DNA of 31,422 nt, from IMG/VR virus record IMGVR_UViG_3300020045_012480, positions 1-31,422 of that record, one strand, 5' to 3'. The DNA is from a virus (lineage: Duplodnaviria; Caudoviricetes). The position numbers and the translations under genes are program-made. The notes under the pieces are model-generated. The model searched no databases and was not told where the DNA came from. It saw only the letters and a list, made by a program, of their open reading frames with translations. The stretch's first letter is position 1; each line of letters begins with the position of its first letter. Positions 1 to 8,881 of the stretch are shown here, one piece after another.

Positions 1-121
1 TTCGAGTTCTGTGCTCCATAACATATAAATCACCTCATAAATTTTTTTTAAACTGGTTCACAACTTTCATCAAGATATTGCAAATTACCAACACCAGTCA
101 TATTTGCTTCTTCTTCTATCA
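1..121. repeat. 121-bp exact direct repeat of 1487-1607
   Basis: Bases 1-121 are identical to 1487-1607 and diverge at 122/1608. Confidence 0.97.
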
Positions 122-884
122 GCCCAGCAAAAATTGGTTTTGTTAAGTCAGCAGCAATTAAATTAAATGTATCTTTTACAGTTTCCCACTGAGCGCCAAC
201 AGTTTTAGCACCTTTTATCATTGCATTGTAAAACAATCCACCTTTATCATTCATCTTATCTAAGGCTTTTACAACATCTGTGGCAGGTATCATCTTGTCT
301 CTCATTAGGTTTCGCATTTCACTAGCTGTTTTTCCAGCATAATTTTTTAACTTTTGTAGCTCTCTAATGATGTTAATGGATAATTTGGAAAATCTATTCT
401 TTTCCATTCCGCTTAAATAACCTTCTTGTATAACCTTTGATATTGATTGAGCTGCCCTATACATCCTATCTTGACTGCCTAAACCTATATCACCTGCTAT
501 ATCCATTGCTGCTAGAGTAGATTCAACATCTTGTAACTGTGTTATAAGTACATCTGCACTCTTGTTTAATGTGTCAAATGTATACGGAGTAACAGACATC
601 ATATCTACTAACTTTTGAGTCATGTCTGTAGCCTCTCCCATGCTACCATACAAGATATCAAATTTACTTGTCATGTTTTCAATTTCAACATTCATTTCAA
701 TTCCCATTTTTACAAAGTCAGATGTCAAGCTAACTATAGCCTCGCCAACTTCAAAAACAACAGATACCAACTTAGCTATACCCAACTCTAAACTTGTTAT
801 ACCTGTTAACGCCGTTGCAAGAGCTGATGTATTTATATCAAAATCAATTTTTACACTGTCTACGCTTGCCAAATTCCCCACCAC
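48..884 (-). CDS. Tape measure protein, N-terminal part; last ~24 codons borrowed from the tail gene through the duplication
   Basis: Follows the tail chaperones; helical tape-measure motifs (TPYTFDTL, DIAGDIGLGS, GGLFYNAM, TVGAQWETVKD); C-terminus IEEEANMTGVGNLQYLDESCEPV is identical to that of 1534..2157. Confidence 0.85.
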   Translation of the reverse strand: MVGNLASVDSVKIDFDINTSALATALTGITSLELGIAKLVSVVFEVGEAIVSLTSDFVKMGIEMNVEIENMTSKFDILYGSMGEATDMTQKLVDMMSVTPYTFDTLNKSADVLITQLQDVESTLAAMDIAGDIGLGSQDRMYRAAQSISKVIQEGYLSGMEKNRFSKLSINIIRELQKLKNYAGKTASEMRNLMRDKMIPATDVVKALDKMNDKGGLFYNAMIKGAKTVGAQWETVKDTFNLIAADLTKPIFAGLIEEEANMTGVGNLQYLDESCEPV

Positions 885-1196
885 CTAAAAGTTTTTAGGG
901 AATTTTAGTCCCCGCATTTTGCAAATTTCACTATACCATTTGTTTCTTTTTTTAGATTCAGATTCAACATCTATATTTAAAATATTATTTCTTATGTTTT
1001 CGGCTGTTTTATCAGCCTTTTCATTCATCACAAGACATGCAATATAGCTAGCTTGTTCGAGCAATAAAATTTTATCCTGTTTGGTTTTCTCTTTGATTAA
1101 TCCATTAATTTGTATAAGAGTCATATCGTAAAATTCATTGTCTGTTATATTTAATTTACTTTTGGCAGCATAATAAATATCTTCTATCCAGTTACT
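885..1196 (-). CDS. Tail assembly chaperone, T portion reached by -1 frameshift
   Basis: The -1 frame is open from the A8 run (SNWIEDIYYAAKSKLNITDNEFYDMTLIQ...) into ORF 885..1124; position between chaperone G and tape measure. Confidence 0.8.
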   Translation of the reverse strand, partial: SNWIEDIYYAAKSKLNITDNEFYDMTLIQINGLIKEKTKQDKILLLEQASYIACLVMNEKADKTAENIRNNILNIDVESESKKRNKWYSEICKMRGLKFPKNF

Positions 1197-1519
1197 TTTT
1201 TTTCGATATCATCATCATTACTATCTATAATATTTTTTTTCCAGACTCCTAGGTCTATAGCAGTTTTAAGCACTTTACTTATTTCTTTTAAAGTTACTTT
1301 ACCATCATTATCAATTTTATCTACTAATTCTTCGAATGTCATTCCATTGTTAATCATTGATATATGCAACATTTTTAACATTGATTCAAAATTATTTCCA
1401 TTTACTTCCGATATATCAATATTCTCTTTTTGCAATTGTATAATTTGTTTCATCCCTAATTTTATGACATATTTTTTGCCATCTAATTCGAGTTCTGTGC
1501 TCCATAACATATAAATCAC
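1184..1519 (-). CDS. Tail assembly chaperone (gpG-like)
   Basis: 111 aa between tail tube and tape measure; ends GAA AAA AAA GTA ACT GGA TAG with a slippery run. Confidence 0.8.
   Translation of the reverse strand: MIYMLWSTELELDGKKYVIKLGMKQIIQLQKENIDISEVNGNNFESMLKMLHISMINNGMTFEELVDKIDNDGKVTLKEISKVLKTAIDLGVWKKNIIDSNDDDIEKKVTG
1196..1203 (-). other. -1 programmed ribosomal frameshift site (A AAA AAA)
   Basis: In-frame X XXY YYZ heptamer three codons before the stop; -1 frame open downstream. Confidence 0.8.
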
Positions 1520-1533
1520 CTCATAAATTTTTT

Positions 1534-2157
1534 TTAAACTGGTTCACAACTTTCATCAAGATATTGCAAATTACCAACACCAGTCATATTTGCTTCTTCT
1601 TCTATCATTCCATCGATTTTAGTATTGCATTTAATCCCGTCAAAATAAGCTCTGCCAATGAAACACTCGTCATTAACGGTATTATTAAACAATTTTATTA
1701 TAAATGGATTAGATATGGTGTAATTAAATATACTTTCATCCAATACCCAATATTTTTTGAATCCACAGGTCCAACTTTTTAATCCTTTTGCCTTGCTTTC
1801 CCATCCGCTGCCAAAAGTTGAACAATCCTGAATATTGTTTTTTGCTTCAACTGACCATTCGAAAACTCCACCATATTGCTCTGTTGTGAATGGTGTTGCA
1901 CTTATGGTTAAGTCGTCCACAGGTGTATACTCATTGTTAAACTGTACACCACCTATTATTACTTTATATAATGACGAACTAACAACTACATCATTGTCAT
2001 AGACTATTACACCGCTTGTATTTATTTGCCACTGCGTTTTATTATTTAATAGCACAGTAACATTATCAGCCTGCAATGTAGCAGCTTGTTTGACAAATGC
2101 AGTACCTGCAATACCTTGTATATATAAAGCTCCTAATATACCACTTACAGCAGCCAT
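1534..2157 (-). CDS. Tail tube protein paralog with inserted domain
   Basis: Aligns with 2177..2557 (MAAxSGIxG, EWSVxxKNNIQD, FGxxWExKxxGLK, xGxKCxxKxDG) plus ~80-aa insertion. Confidence 0.75.
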   Translation of the reverse strand: MAAVSGILGALYIQGIAGTAFVKQAATLQADNVTVLLNNKTQWQINTSGVIVYDNDVVVSSSLYKVIIGGVQFNNEYTPVDDLTISATPFTTEQYGGVFEWSVEAKNNIQDCSTFGSGWESKAKGLKSWTCGFKKYWVLDESIFNYTISNPFIIKLFNNTVNDECFIGRAYFDGIKCNTKIDGMIEEEANMTGVGNLQYLDESCEPV

Positions 2158-2176
2158 TTTCTAACCTCCTACACTA

Positions 2177-2557
2177 TTATGTCAGTGTTACCGCTCCATC
2201 TGCAACAAAGCTAAATTCAACTTCGCATACTCCATCTACTTTATTGTCACATTTTAGACCTTCTATAAATGCAGTTAGATCAAAGTGATTTGTATTGTTA
2301 TACAATATCAATGCAACTGTAGTACCTGCCAATACAGCAGCTTTTAACAATGCTTGACCATTTGTATCACCAACATTTAACAATCCTTTTATATTACCAG
2401 TACATCCCTTTAATCCTGGTAATTTTTGCTCCCAAGTATCACCAAATGCAGTACTATCCTGTATATTATTTTTTATATCAACACTCCATTCTGACACATT
2501 TAAAACACTATTTGCACCTAGCACTACACTACCATTTATACCACTTTCAGCAGCCAT
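2177..2557 (-). CDS. Major tail tube protein
   Basis: 126 aa, siphovirus tube motifs (EWSVDI, D..WE.KLPGLK, EVEFSFVADG), located after the terminator gene. Confidence 0.8.
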   Translation of the reverse strand: MAAESGINGSVVLGANSVLNVSEWSVDIKNNIQDSTAFGDTWEQKLPGLKGCTGNIKGLLNVGDTNGQALLKAAVLAGTTVALILYNNTNHFDLTAFIEGLKCDNKVDGVCEVEFSFVADGAVTLT

Positions 2558-2582
2558 TTTTATACCTCCATAAATTTATTCA

Positions 2583-3938
2583 TTAAACTAGTGTACTACC
2601 TTCCACCCAGTCAGCTTCTAACCATGTTGCCGCTCCACCTTCGTACTTATATGTCTTTATGCCTATGCCCATTTCTATTTTATAAGAGTTTTTAGTTGCG
2701 TCCTCTGCTTTATATGTGTTAGTTTCCATATTAGACACATAACAGTTGTGTAAAATGCAGCTTCTCATATCATCTTCACTGTCTGAAACGCTTCTTTCCT
2801 GCAAGTTTAAACCATTTCCAACCCTAACACGCCTTACATCGTTGCCAGTAGTCGCTCGAGGGAATTCGACGTTTTGTCTAGCATAAGATATAAACATATA
2901 ATTTTGTTTTGCAAGGTCTCCTTTGTACTGGATTACAAAGTCGTGAGGTTCGTTAACCCTTGTTCCTTCCTCGCTTAAAAATAATCCAAACAACTTTGCG
3001 TCATCATAATTCATAGCTGACACGTCCATATAAGACGCATTTCCATAAGAATCTTCGCATTTAAGTGTCAATGTTGCTTCGTCATCAGCTAACGGTGGGG
3101 CTTTTATTTCTAGCAATGTAAAAACTTCATCTGTTGACTCATCTTCAAGCCTTAAAATTGTTGCTCCATTGCCTAATAATGCAGGTTTTAGTGACAACTT
3201 TTTTGTCGAACTCTCTATTGTAAAGCTATCCATTGTTATATCTACTGTAATCAACCTCCCTTCAACTGCTTTCAAACTAAAATTACAACTAAATAAATTT
3301 CTTTGCTTTTCATCTTTACCAAGTCCATGTATATCTGACTTATTAAGAATTGTTATTGTGCCATTACTATAATGCTCAAAGAGTTTTCTAATAGCTTCAA
3401 TCCTATCATATCCAGCTGTATAATTTGTATCTCTTACCATAACTTGAAAATCTATATAAGACACAACTAATTTATCAAAACTATTTAAACTTTCTCTTCC
3501 ACCATAGAAAAATATTGATGAAATATTATCAGATTCATCATTAAAATTACCAATAAATGTGGTTTCACCTAGCATTAACAATTCAGCATATAGCAAGTCG
3601 TGTATAGGTCTCCATGGCACGTTTATTCCTATGCCATCATCTTTATCAGTAGTAACATCAAGTATTCCGAACCATTCTTCTGTTGCGAAATTATCGCTGA
3701 ACATAGTTCCTTCAAAATAAAATCTCTGATTCGAAGGAATACCATTCATTGTGAATTCATAAAATGTATCAGTACCACTCAAAACCTCAATATAATATTC
3801 ATTAGGGCTATAAACCCCACTTATATCTGAAAAAATACAATAAATAGCGTCGTATTGCCCTATCTGATGAGTTAACCCATCAACTCTCATAGTAACACTA
3901 TTATGCGTTTTGGAAACTAAAGATAATACTATAGCCAT
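2583..3938 (-). CDS. Tail terminator-like protein (minor-capsid-3 type core) with N- and C-terminal extra domains
   Basis: Central segment FIGNF...YGG...FQVMVR..Y..GY...LGKDEKQR.LFSCNF is typical of this family; synteny fits. Confidence 0.7.
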   Translation of the reverse strand: MAIVLSLVSKTHNSVTMRVDGLTHQIGQYDAIYCIFSDISGVYSPNEYYIEVLSGTDTFYEFTMNGIPSNQRFYFEGTMFSDNFATEEWFGILDVTTDKDDGIGINVPWRPIHDLLYAELLMLGETTFIGNFNDESDNISSIFFYGGRESLNSFDKLVVSYIDFQVMVRDTNYTAGYDRIEAIRKLFEHYSNGTITILNKSDIHGLGKDEKQRNLFSCNFSLKAVEGRLITVDITMDSFTIESSTKKLSLKPALLGNGATILRLEDESTDEVFTLLEIKAPPLADDEATLTLKCEDSYGNASYMDVSAMNYDDAKLFGLFLSEEGTRVNEPHDFVIQYKGDLAKQNYMFISYARQNVEFPRATTGNDVRRVRVGNGLNLQERSVSDSEDDMRSCILHNCYVSNMETNTYKAEDATKNSYKIEMGIGIKTYKYEGGAATWLEADWVEGSTLV

Positions 3939-3949
3939 TTTAAAACTCC

Positions 3950-4279
3950 CTAACTACCGAATAAATATCTAAAAAATTCACCGTGTTTCTCTGTCCATGC
4001 ATTTTCAAGGAACTTAGCCTCGCCATGTGGATGGTATACATCTAATCTCTCATGCACAGCCATTGCATACTCAACATGTGTTGCGTCTTCTGTAGCAAAT
4101 TCAAGACTCCAAACACCCTCGCGAGTCCTATTTATTTTCCAACTATACTTCTCCAAATGGTGGGTATCGTATGGGCAACGTCTTCTGGCTTCATCCAGTA
4201 CAATTCCTATTGCCTGCCTAACCCGCTCCCAATCTTGATACCTTTTTAATCTTGCTACTGCTTGCACCAAATAAGCCAT
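3950..4279 (-). CDS. Neck/tail-completion protein, HK97 gp10-like
   Basis: CPYDT..L, EYAMAVHE, GEAKFLENA motifs. Confidence 0.75.
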   Translation of the reverse strand: MAYLVQAVARLKRYQDWERVRQAIGIVLDEARRRCPYDTHHLEKYSWKINRTREGVWSLEFATEDATHVEYAMAVHERLDVYHPHGEAKFLENAWTEKHGEFFRYLFGS

Positions 4280-4280
4280 G

Positions 4281-4577
4281 TTACACCAACCAATATTTAT
4301 AAAATTTAATTACATTGTTTTCATTCTTGCATTTTTTTATAGCAACTATTTTATAATCACCAATTTTTGTATCAATTTCTAGCAATGTTGTTGTATGCAA
4401 TTTAGCTTTAGATATTACTTTTTCACCATTTTTAATTAATTTTTCTTCCTCTATTTCGACAAGTCGACCTTCGATCGAACTTGTTGTATATGTTTTTTCT
4501 CCAAATTTATTAATCGCACCCGGAATTGATATTGCAATTGTTTCTGACCACTCATCAACTAAATTATATAATTCCAT
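4281..4577 (-). CDS. Head closure protein
   Basis: 98 aa beta-rich, NKFGE motif, follows the adaptor. Confidence 0.65.
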   Translation of the reverse strand: MELYNLVDEWSETIAISIPGAINKFGEKTYTTSSIEGRLVEIEEEKLIKNGEKVISKAKLHTTTLLEIDTKIGDYKIVAIKKCKNENNVIKFYKYWLV

Positions 4578-4580
4578 TTT

Positions 4581-5150
4581 TTATATCTCTTCCCAGTAAA
4601 ATTTTTTGTAATTCTTGAGTACACCTTTTACGTATTCATCTGAAAAATCTAAACTTTTTGTATTTTCTTGTTTGAAATAAGTTATTTCAACATCATCAAT
4701 TTTCTTTTTTTGGATATTTGAATTGTTTAAAACAATGCTACTATTTATATGTTGAGCTATTAAATTTACTAGCTCAAATGGTATTTTGCACAAAAATATA
4801 GTTGCTTCTATTGCTTCTTCTTCAACAAATTTTTTATAATTTTCAATTACAAATCCAGAATTATCATCAAGAATAGATCCGATTCTGTACAGCCCATCAT
4901 TATAAGCAGTTCCAGATATAACTATAAAATTTTCAGCTTCAAATGGTAATGTAAAGTCACATGTTGCAGTATCTCCGGCTAAATCCATATCTAATGTCTC
5001 ATAGATATAGCCATTTGTATTTTTTGCATAAAAATAGTTTTTGCATGATATACAAATTTGCTCAACCAAAGCAGGTATAGCTAAATCGATTCTATCATCA
5101 TATGTAGTTTCAGTTATTCCCAATATTCTTTTTACTAAATCTCTTGTCAT
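4581..5150 (-). CDS. Head-tail adaptor (connector) with beta-domain insertion
   Basis: VKRILGI...YDDRI...CKNYF N-terminus; IQKKKIDDVEITY and LKNYKK C-terminus. Confidence 0.75.
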   Translation of the reverse strand: MTRDLVKRILGITETTYDDRIDLAIPALVEQICISCKNYFYAKNTNGYIYETLDMDLAGDTATCDFTLPFEAENFIVISGTAYNDGLYRIGSILDDNSGFVIENYKKFVEEEAIEATIFLCKIPFELVNLIAQHINSSIVLNNSNIQKKKIDDVEITYFKQENTKSLDFSDEYVKGVLKNYKKFYWEEI

Positions 5151-5710
5151 TTTGTCACCTTCATCATTACATTGTGCTGATATGTTTCTCCTGATGATAC
5201 TGCTACAACTGATATTAAGTAGCTTCTATTTTCTAAACCGCCTATAACCTTGATACTTACTGCATTTACATTAATTGTGCTACTATCTATTACATCTGCT
5301 GTAACATCTACATTTGCAGCATATGCAGTAACAACTATACTATCTATAGATGTCAAATTTTCCGAAAAATCTACAGATATAGTATATTCTTCTGAAACTT
5401 GTTTCTCAAAAATATCCATTTTATTACCTTCATCATAAAATATTTTTACTTTTGTATCATCTGAAAATATATTTTTAATGTTAAATATATTAGTGTTATT
5501 TATTATATTGCACTCTATAACTGCATTTAATATAATTGAGTATAATCTTTTAAAATTTGTATTTGTATTTGTATTTGTATTTATGACTTTTACTATTTTT
5601 TTAGATAATATGCTTTCTGTATTACATATTAATTTTTCTATTTCAACATTTATTTCTTTTGCTGTTAAAATATTTATAGCAGTATTGCATGTTTGATTAT
5701 ATGTAGCCAT
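5147..5710 (-). CDS. Putative virion protein; C-terminal ~90 aa fibre-adaptor-like domain
   Basis: C-terminal FEKQ.SE...SVDF...GG.....Y.I pattern; low-complexity Asn/Ile N-half. Confidence 0.45.
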   Translation of the reverse strand: MATYNQTCNTAINILTAKEINVEIEKLICNTESILSKKIVKVINTNTNTNTNFKRLYSIILNAVIECNIINNTNIFNIKNIFSDDTKVKIFYDEGNKMDIFEKQVSEEYTISVDFSENLTSIDSIVVTAYAANVDVTADVIDSSTINVNAVSIKVIGGLENRSYLISVVAVSSGETYQHNVMMKVTK

Positions 5711-5724
5711 ATATACCTCACTAA

Positions 5725-6111
5725 TTAGGCTTGGTCAAACGTATTTTGTATTACAAATTCTATACTATCTCCAACCTCAACATTTATAGCTGAAAAATTA
5801 GCATGCATTAACATATTTCCGGCGGTTAAAGCTGTAAATAATCCAACTTCCGTAATAGCTTTTGCTGCACCTGTACATGTAATTGTTCCTGTAACTTGAT
5901 ATGTGTCGTTTGTTGTTCCTCCAGTGTTGGTCTGTACTGTTGTTCCAGCTGTTCTTGTTTCTGCACTAGCTGTTGTCAGTGTTGTATCAGTAGCCGCACT
6001 TTCTGTTGTACCTATTCCCCAGCCTAAATATTTTGGCTCTGCTGCCGCTGCTTTGATTGCAGCTGTTATTATGCTTAAACCTGCATTTGTTATAATGCTT
6101 ACATTAGCCAC
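5725..6111 (-). CDS. Putative virion structural protein (collar/fibre-attachment type)
   Basis: ITNAG, YLGWGIG, AITEVGLF..TAGNML...FSAIN motifs; Ala/Thr rich. Confidence 0.6.
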   Translation of the reverse strand: MANVSIITNAGLSIITAAIKAAAAEPKYLGWGIGTTESAATDTTLTTASAETRTAGTTVQTNTGGTTNDTYQVTGTITCTGAAKAITEVGLFTALTAGNMLMHANFSAINVEVGDSIEFVIQNTFDQA

Positions 6112-6235
6112 TACTTTTCACCACCATTTTTTCTTCTTTTTTTTCATCTACAATACAGCCTAAATCCTTGATAGTACCATCTTTTTTTATTATTTTTGCA
6201 AATATTATTATTTTACTATTACTTTTGTTGTTCAT
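6104..6235 (-). CDS. Small protein, 43 aa (not in ORF track)
   Basis: MNNKSNSKIIIFAKIIKKDGTIKDLGCIVDEKKEEKMVVKSSG; overlaps both neighbours and fills the gap. Confidence 0.6.
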   Translation of the reverse strand: MNNKSNSKIIIFAKIIKKDGTIKDLGCIVDEKKEEKMVVKSSG

Positions 6236-6383
6236 TTTTGTATTCCTTTATCTTGAATTTACATTTATTTTTTTCTTCTTCTGTGATTGCCAATTCTAAT
6301 CTTCTTTCCCATTTCCTGTAATTAGTTTCAGTTCTTGTGATAGGTATAATCAATTGTTCTATTTCTTTTTTTGTTCTACTCAT
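6219..6383 (-). CDS. 54-aa basic protein resembling the C-terminus of phage minor capsid protein 2
   Basis: ATG 1 nt after the upstream stop; YRKWERRL...EEKNKCKFKIKEY pattern. Confidence 0.55.
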   Translation of the reverse strand: MSRTKKEIEQLIIPITRTETNYRKWERRLELAITEEEKNKCKFKIKEYKNEQQK

Positions 6384-6384
6384 A

Positions 6385-6960
6385 TTACACCTCGATACAA
6401 AAATGCAAGCAATTATTATGAAATAATCCCATGATTTCTGCTTCTTCCACTTCTTCAATTGTCAAAATTTTTCCCTCAAATGGTTTGCACAAATCACATA
6501 TAGTACCATGTTCACTTATTTTTACTTTTCCACTTTTACTATTCTCTAATACTTCCATTCTTAACAAAGTGTTGTTTATATGTCTTGTATACATTGTTGA
6601 GTATGTTTCTATGTTCCACCTTGCTCCATTGCTTGCTATAAATCCAGTTATACCAACCTCGGCATAACTGGATAATATTTTCTGTTGTAATACTTTATCA
6701 TCTGTAGATTTAATTTGTTGCAATACTATATTATACTGTTTTGTAGCTTCAATATGCATATTTTGCATATCTTTAGTATACTGTTTAATCAACTCAAATG
6801 CTTTTTCGCTTCGGTGTAGCTTTAAAAAATAATCTGAATTATAAGCGTTCAAACTATTATTCATCATGTATTTTCGAAACTGAAATTTTTTACCTTGTAA
6901 CAAATTTTTATATGCCAAGCTTGTTAAATTTTTGTAGTATTTTATAGTATTATTAATCAT
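6385..6960 (-). CDS. Minor capsid/head morphogenesis protein (Phage_min_cap2-like), shortened
   Basis: GITGF...GARWNIETY..M..R, ISEHG..CDLCKPFEGKI, GLFHNNCLH. Confidence 0.75.
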   Translation of the reverse strand: MINNTIKYYKNLTSLAYKNLLQGKKFQFRKYMMNNSLNAYNSDYFLKLHRSEKAFELIKQYTKDMQNMHIEATKQYNIVLQQIKSTDDKVLQQKILSSYAEVGITGFIASNGARWNIETYSTMYTRHINNTLLRMEVLENSKSGKVKISEHGTICDLCKPFEGKILTIEEVEEAEIMGLFHNNCLHFCIEV

Positions 6961-6975
6961 TTGTACCTCTTGAAA

Positions 6976-7278
6976 TTATATTTCTTGCTCAAACCAATCT
7001 ACTGACCAATCAGCCTCGGCGTCCCACTCAACATTAGATAAGTATCCTTCGACTTGAGCCTGCGTATATCCACCCTCGAGGTCAACTTTTCTAAATCCGC
7101 ATACTACTGTTTTACCATCAATTTCAACTCCGCCAGTTTTTAAATTTTGAACATTTGAATAATGCTCTTGCGGATTTTGAGGAAACATTGTTGTCATATT
7201 TGCAGCTATTTGCAACTCTGCTATTTGTCCTTTTTCTACTGTTTCAAATAATATCCATCTATAAGCCAATTTTAACAA
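6976..7278 (-). CDS. Hypothetical protein
   Basis: 100-aa ORF coupled to its neighbours. Confidence 0.6.
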   Translation of the reverse strand: MLKLAYRWILFETVEKGQIAELQIAANMTTMFPQNPQEHYSNVQNLKTGGVEIDGKTVVCGFRKVDLEGGYTQAQVEGYLSNVEWDAEADWSVDWFEQEI

Positions 7279-8114
7279 CCTCCTGAAATCTTATTATAAT
7301 TATTTTTTTGATTTGTATTAAATATTAGTATTGTTTTCAAGTAACCATTATAAAATCCAAGATATGAACTAGCACCATCTGCTCGACATCCTATTACAAA
7401 TTTTTGCCTCGTTGTTAGATCTGTTGATCTGACGCTTAAAGCTTCAACACTATCAATATTTACAGTTACACCATTTTCGGATTTATTTTCCCATGTGCAT
7501 AATATTTTATGCACAGATTCCAATATTTGTGTTTTTAATATGTCTATATTATCTCCCAATCTCAAAGAATGATAGAATACAGTAGTTTTAGAATGTACGA
7601 TACCATACTGTACACCAGTTAATGTGTAAGCCTTCGAAAACAAATAAGCTGTACCAGAGTTCTGAACTGCTGTAAGCGAATTATGATAAAGCGACAATGG
7701 TGGACTTGTTATATCAATCAAACTATATGCTTCTACTTCTAAATATGTACTCTCAGATGCAACAAATTTAATTCCATTAGTTTCAAACACTCCATTTGTA
7801 CAAATTGTTGGCATTAACGACGAATTAGATTGAGTAGCATTATTAGTCACAAACTGATTATACCAAGTTTTAACTTTTCCAGTTGTTCCAGTGCAAAACG
7901 TTTCTATAGCTAATTTATCCACATAATCATTAACAAATCCAACATTTAAAGTTGTATTGTCACTCTGCCTCTGCACCTCTAGACAATAACCTTTATATGT
8001 ATTTGTTAATTTATACAAACTAAATCCCATTACACAGCCATGATTTGGGATTAAGTCTAACACATATTTTTTTACACCGCTTGTAATAACTCTTAAAGTT
8101 GTTGGTGATGGCAC
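7272..8114 (-). CDS. Putative carbohydrate-binding (ConA/LamG, arabinofuranosidase-B-like fold) virion protein
   Basis: FSLYKL...YKG..L.VQR.SDN....VGF, VKTWYNQ...NNATQ, P.I..NG motifs. Confidence 0.6.
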   Translation of the reverse strand: MPSPTTLRVITSGVKKYVLDLIPNHGCVMGFSLYKLTNTYKGYCLEVQRQSDNTTLNVGFVNDYVDKLAIETFCTGTTGKVKTWYNQFVTNNATQSNSSLMPTICTNGVFETNGIKFVASESTYLEVEAYSLIDITSPPLSLYHNSLTAVQNSGTAYLFSKAYTLTGVQYGIVHSKTTVFYHSLRLGDNIDILKTQILESVHKILCTWENKSENGVTVNIDSVEALSVRSTDLTTRQKFVIGCRADGASSYLGFYNGYLKTILIFNTNQKNNYNKISGGC

Positions 8115-8669
8115 TTATACAGTCACCACCTTTAAAATAACCTTTTTTATAGTTGCTGAGGAAGGTGTATATGCTGCCATTGTTTGTAAAACTCCATACA
8201 ATGTTGTACTGTTGCTTGCTAATTTACATTTAAAGTTGATATTATCATTTTGTGACCACAATGTATCTCCAAAGTCCAAAGGTGTTGTTATATCTATGTA
8301 CCCAAGATATTTATCGTGTCTATCGGCTGAAATCAAATTGAATGCTGCATTGTCTGCGATTGCTGTAGGTGCAGAACTGTATAAGTGCAATCTAAACGCA
8401 CCCATTCCACTAGGAATTGCATTCACACCAATTTCTAAGTTTACACCCATTATAATTATTCCACTTCCAGCAACTGCAATATTTGAAAATGATATATTGG
8501 CAGCTGGTGACATTCCAACGACGTCTAATGCTGTGTATGCAGTAGTGTCTGCTGGTCTTGTAACAAGTGAATAAACGTTGGTGTCTACACTTCCTACTTT
8601 TAACGATTTAGTGCTATTTGAAGTAAAACATGTTTCTAAAATTTCGACGATTCTATGAGATATACTCAT
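8115..8669 (-). CDS. Putative virion structural protein
   Basis: TRPADTTAYTALDVVG, FRLHLY, ADNAAF; beta-rich; inside head cluster. Confidence 0.55.
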   Translation of the reverse strand: MSISHRIVEILETCFTSNSTKSLKVGSVDTNVYSLVTRPADTTAYTALDVVGMSPAANISFSNIAVAGSGIIIMGVNLEIGVNAIPSGMGAFRLHLYSSAPTAIADNAAFNLISADRHDKYLGYIDITTPLDFGDTLWSQNDNINFKCKLASNSTTLYGVLQTMAAYTPSSATIKKVILKVVTV

Positions 8670-8872
8670 TTTGTCACCTTCTTACTTTTTGTTGCATGTT
8701 CTTCTTTGACTTCTTCAACTTTTTTTATTTCTTCATGTTTAAAATTTTTAGAAATTAAATAATTTATAACATTTTCATCATCAGTTTCAAGGTTACCATT
8801 AAAAAATTTGCAAAGAGCCTTATTGTTTTCCTTATCCCAAATTATTTCATTTCCATTTCCATAAAATTTCAT
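8666..8872 (-). CDS. Small protein downstream of the capsid genes
   Basis: 68 aa with RBS and charged tail. Confidence 0.6.
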   Translation of the reverse strand: MKFYGNGNEIIWDKENNKALCKFFNGNLETDDENVINYLISKNFKHEEIKKVEEVKEEHATKSKKVTK

Positions 8873-8881
8873 TTTGTCCTC

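Noticed and set aside
1-1607. DGR template/variable repeat pair or terminal repeat
   Set aside because: Copies are identical with no adenine-specific differences, no reverse transcriptase is present, and the second copy is internal
5555-5582. (ATTTGT)4 microsatellite as phase-variation switch
   Set aside because: Unit is a multiple of 3, so it only changes an NT linker length
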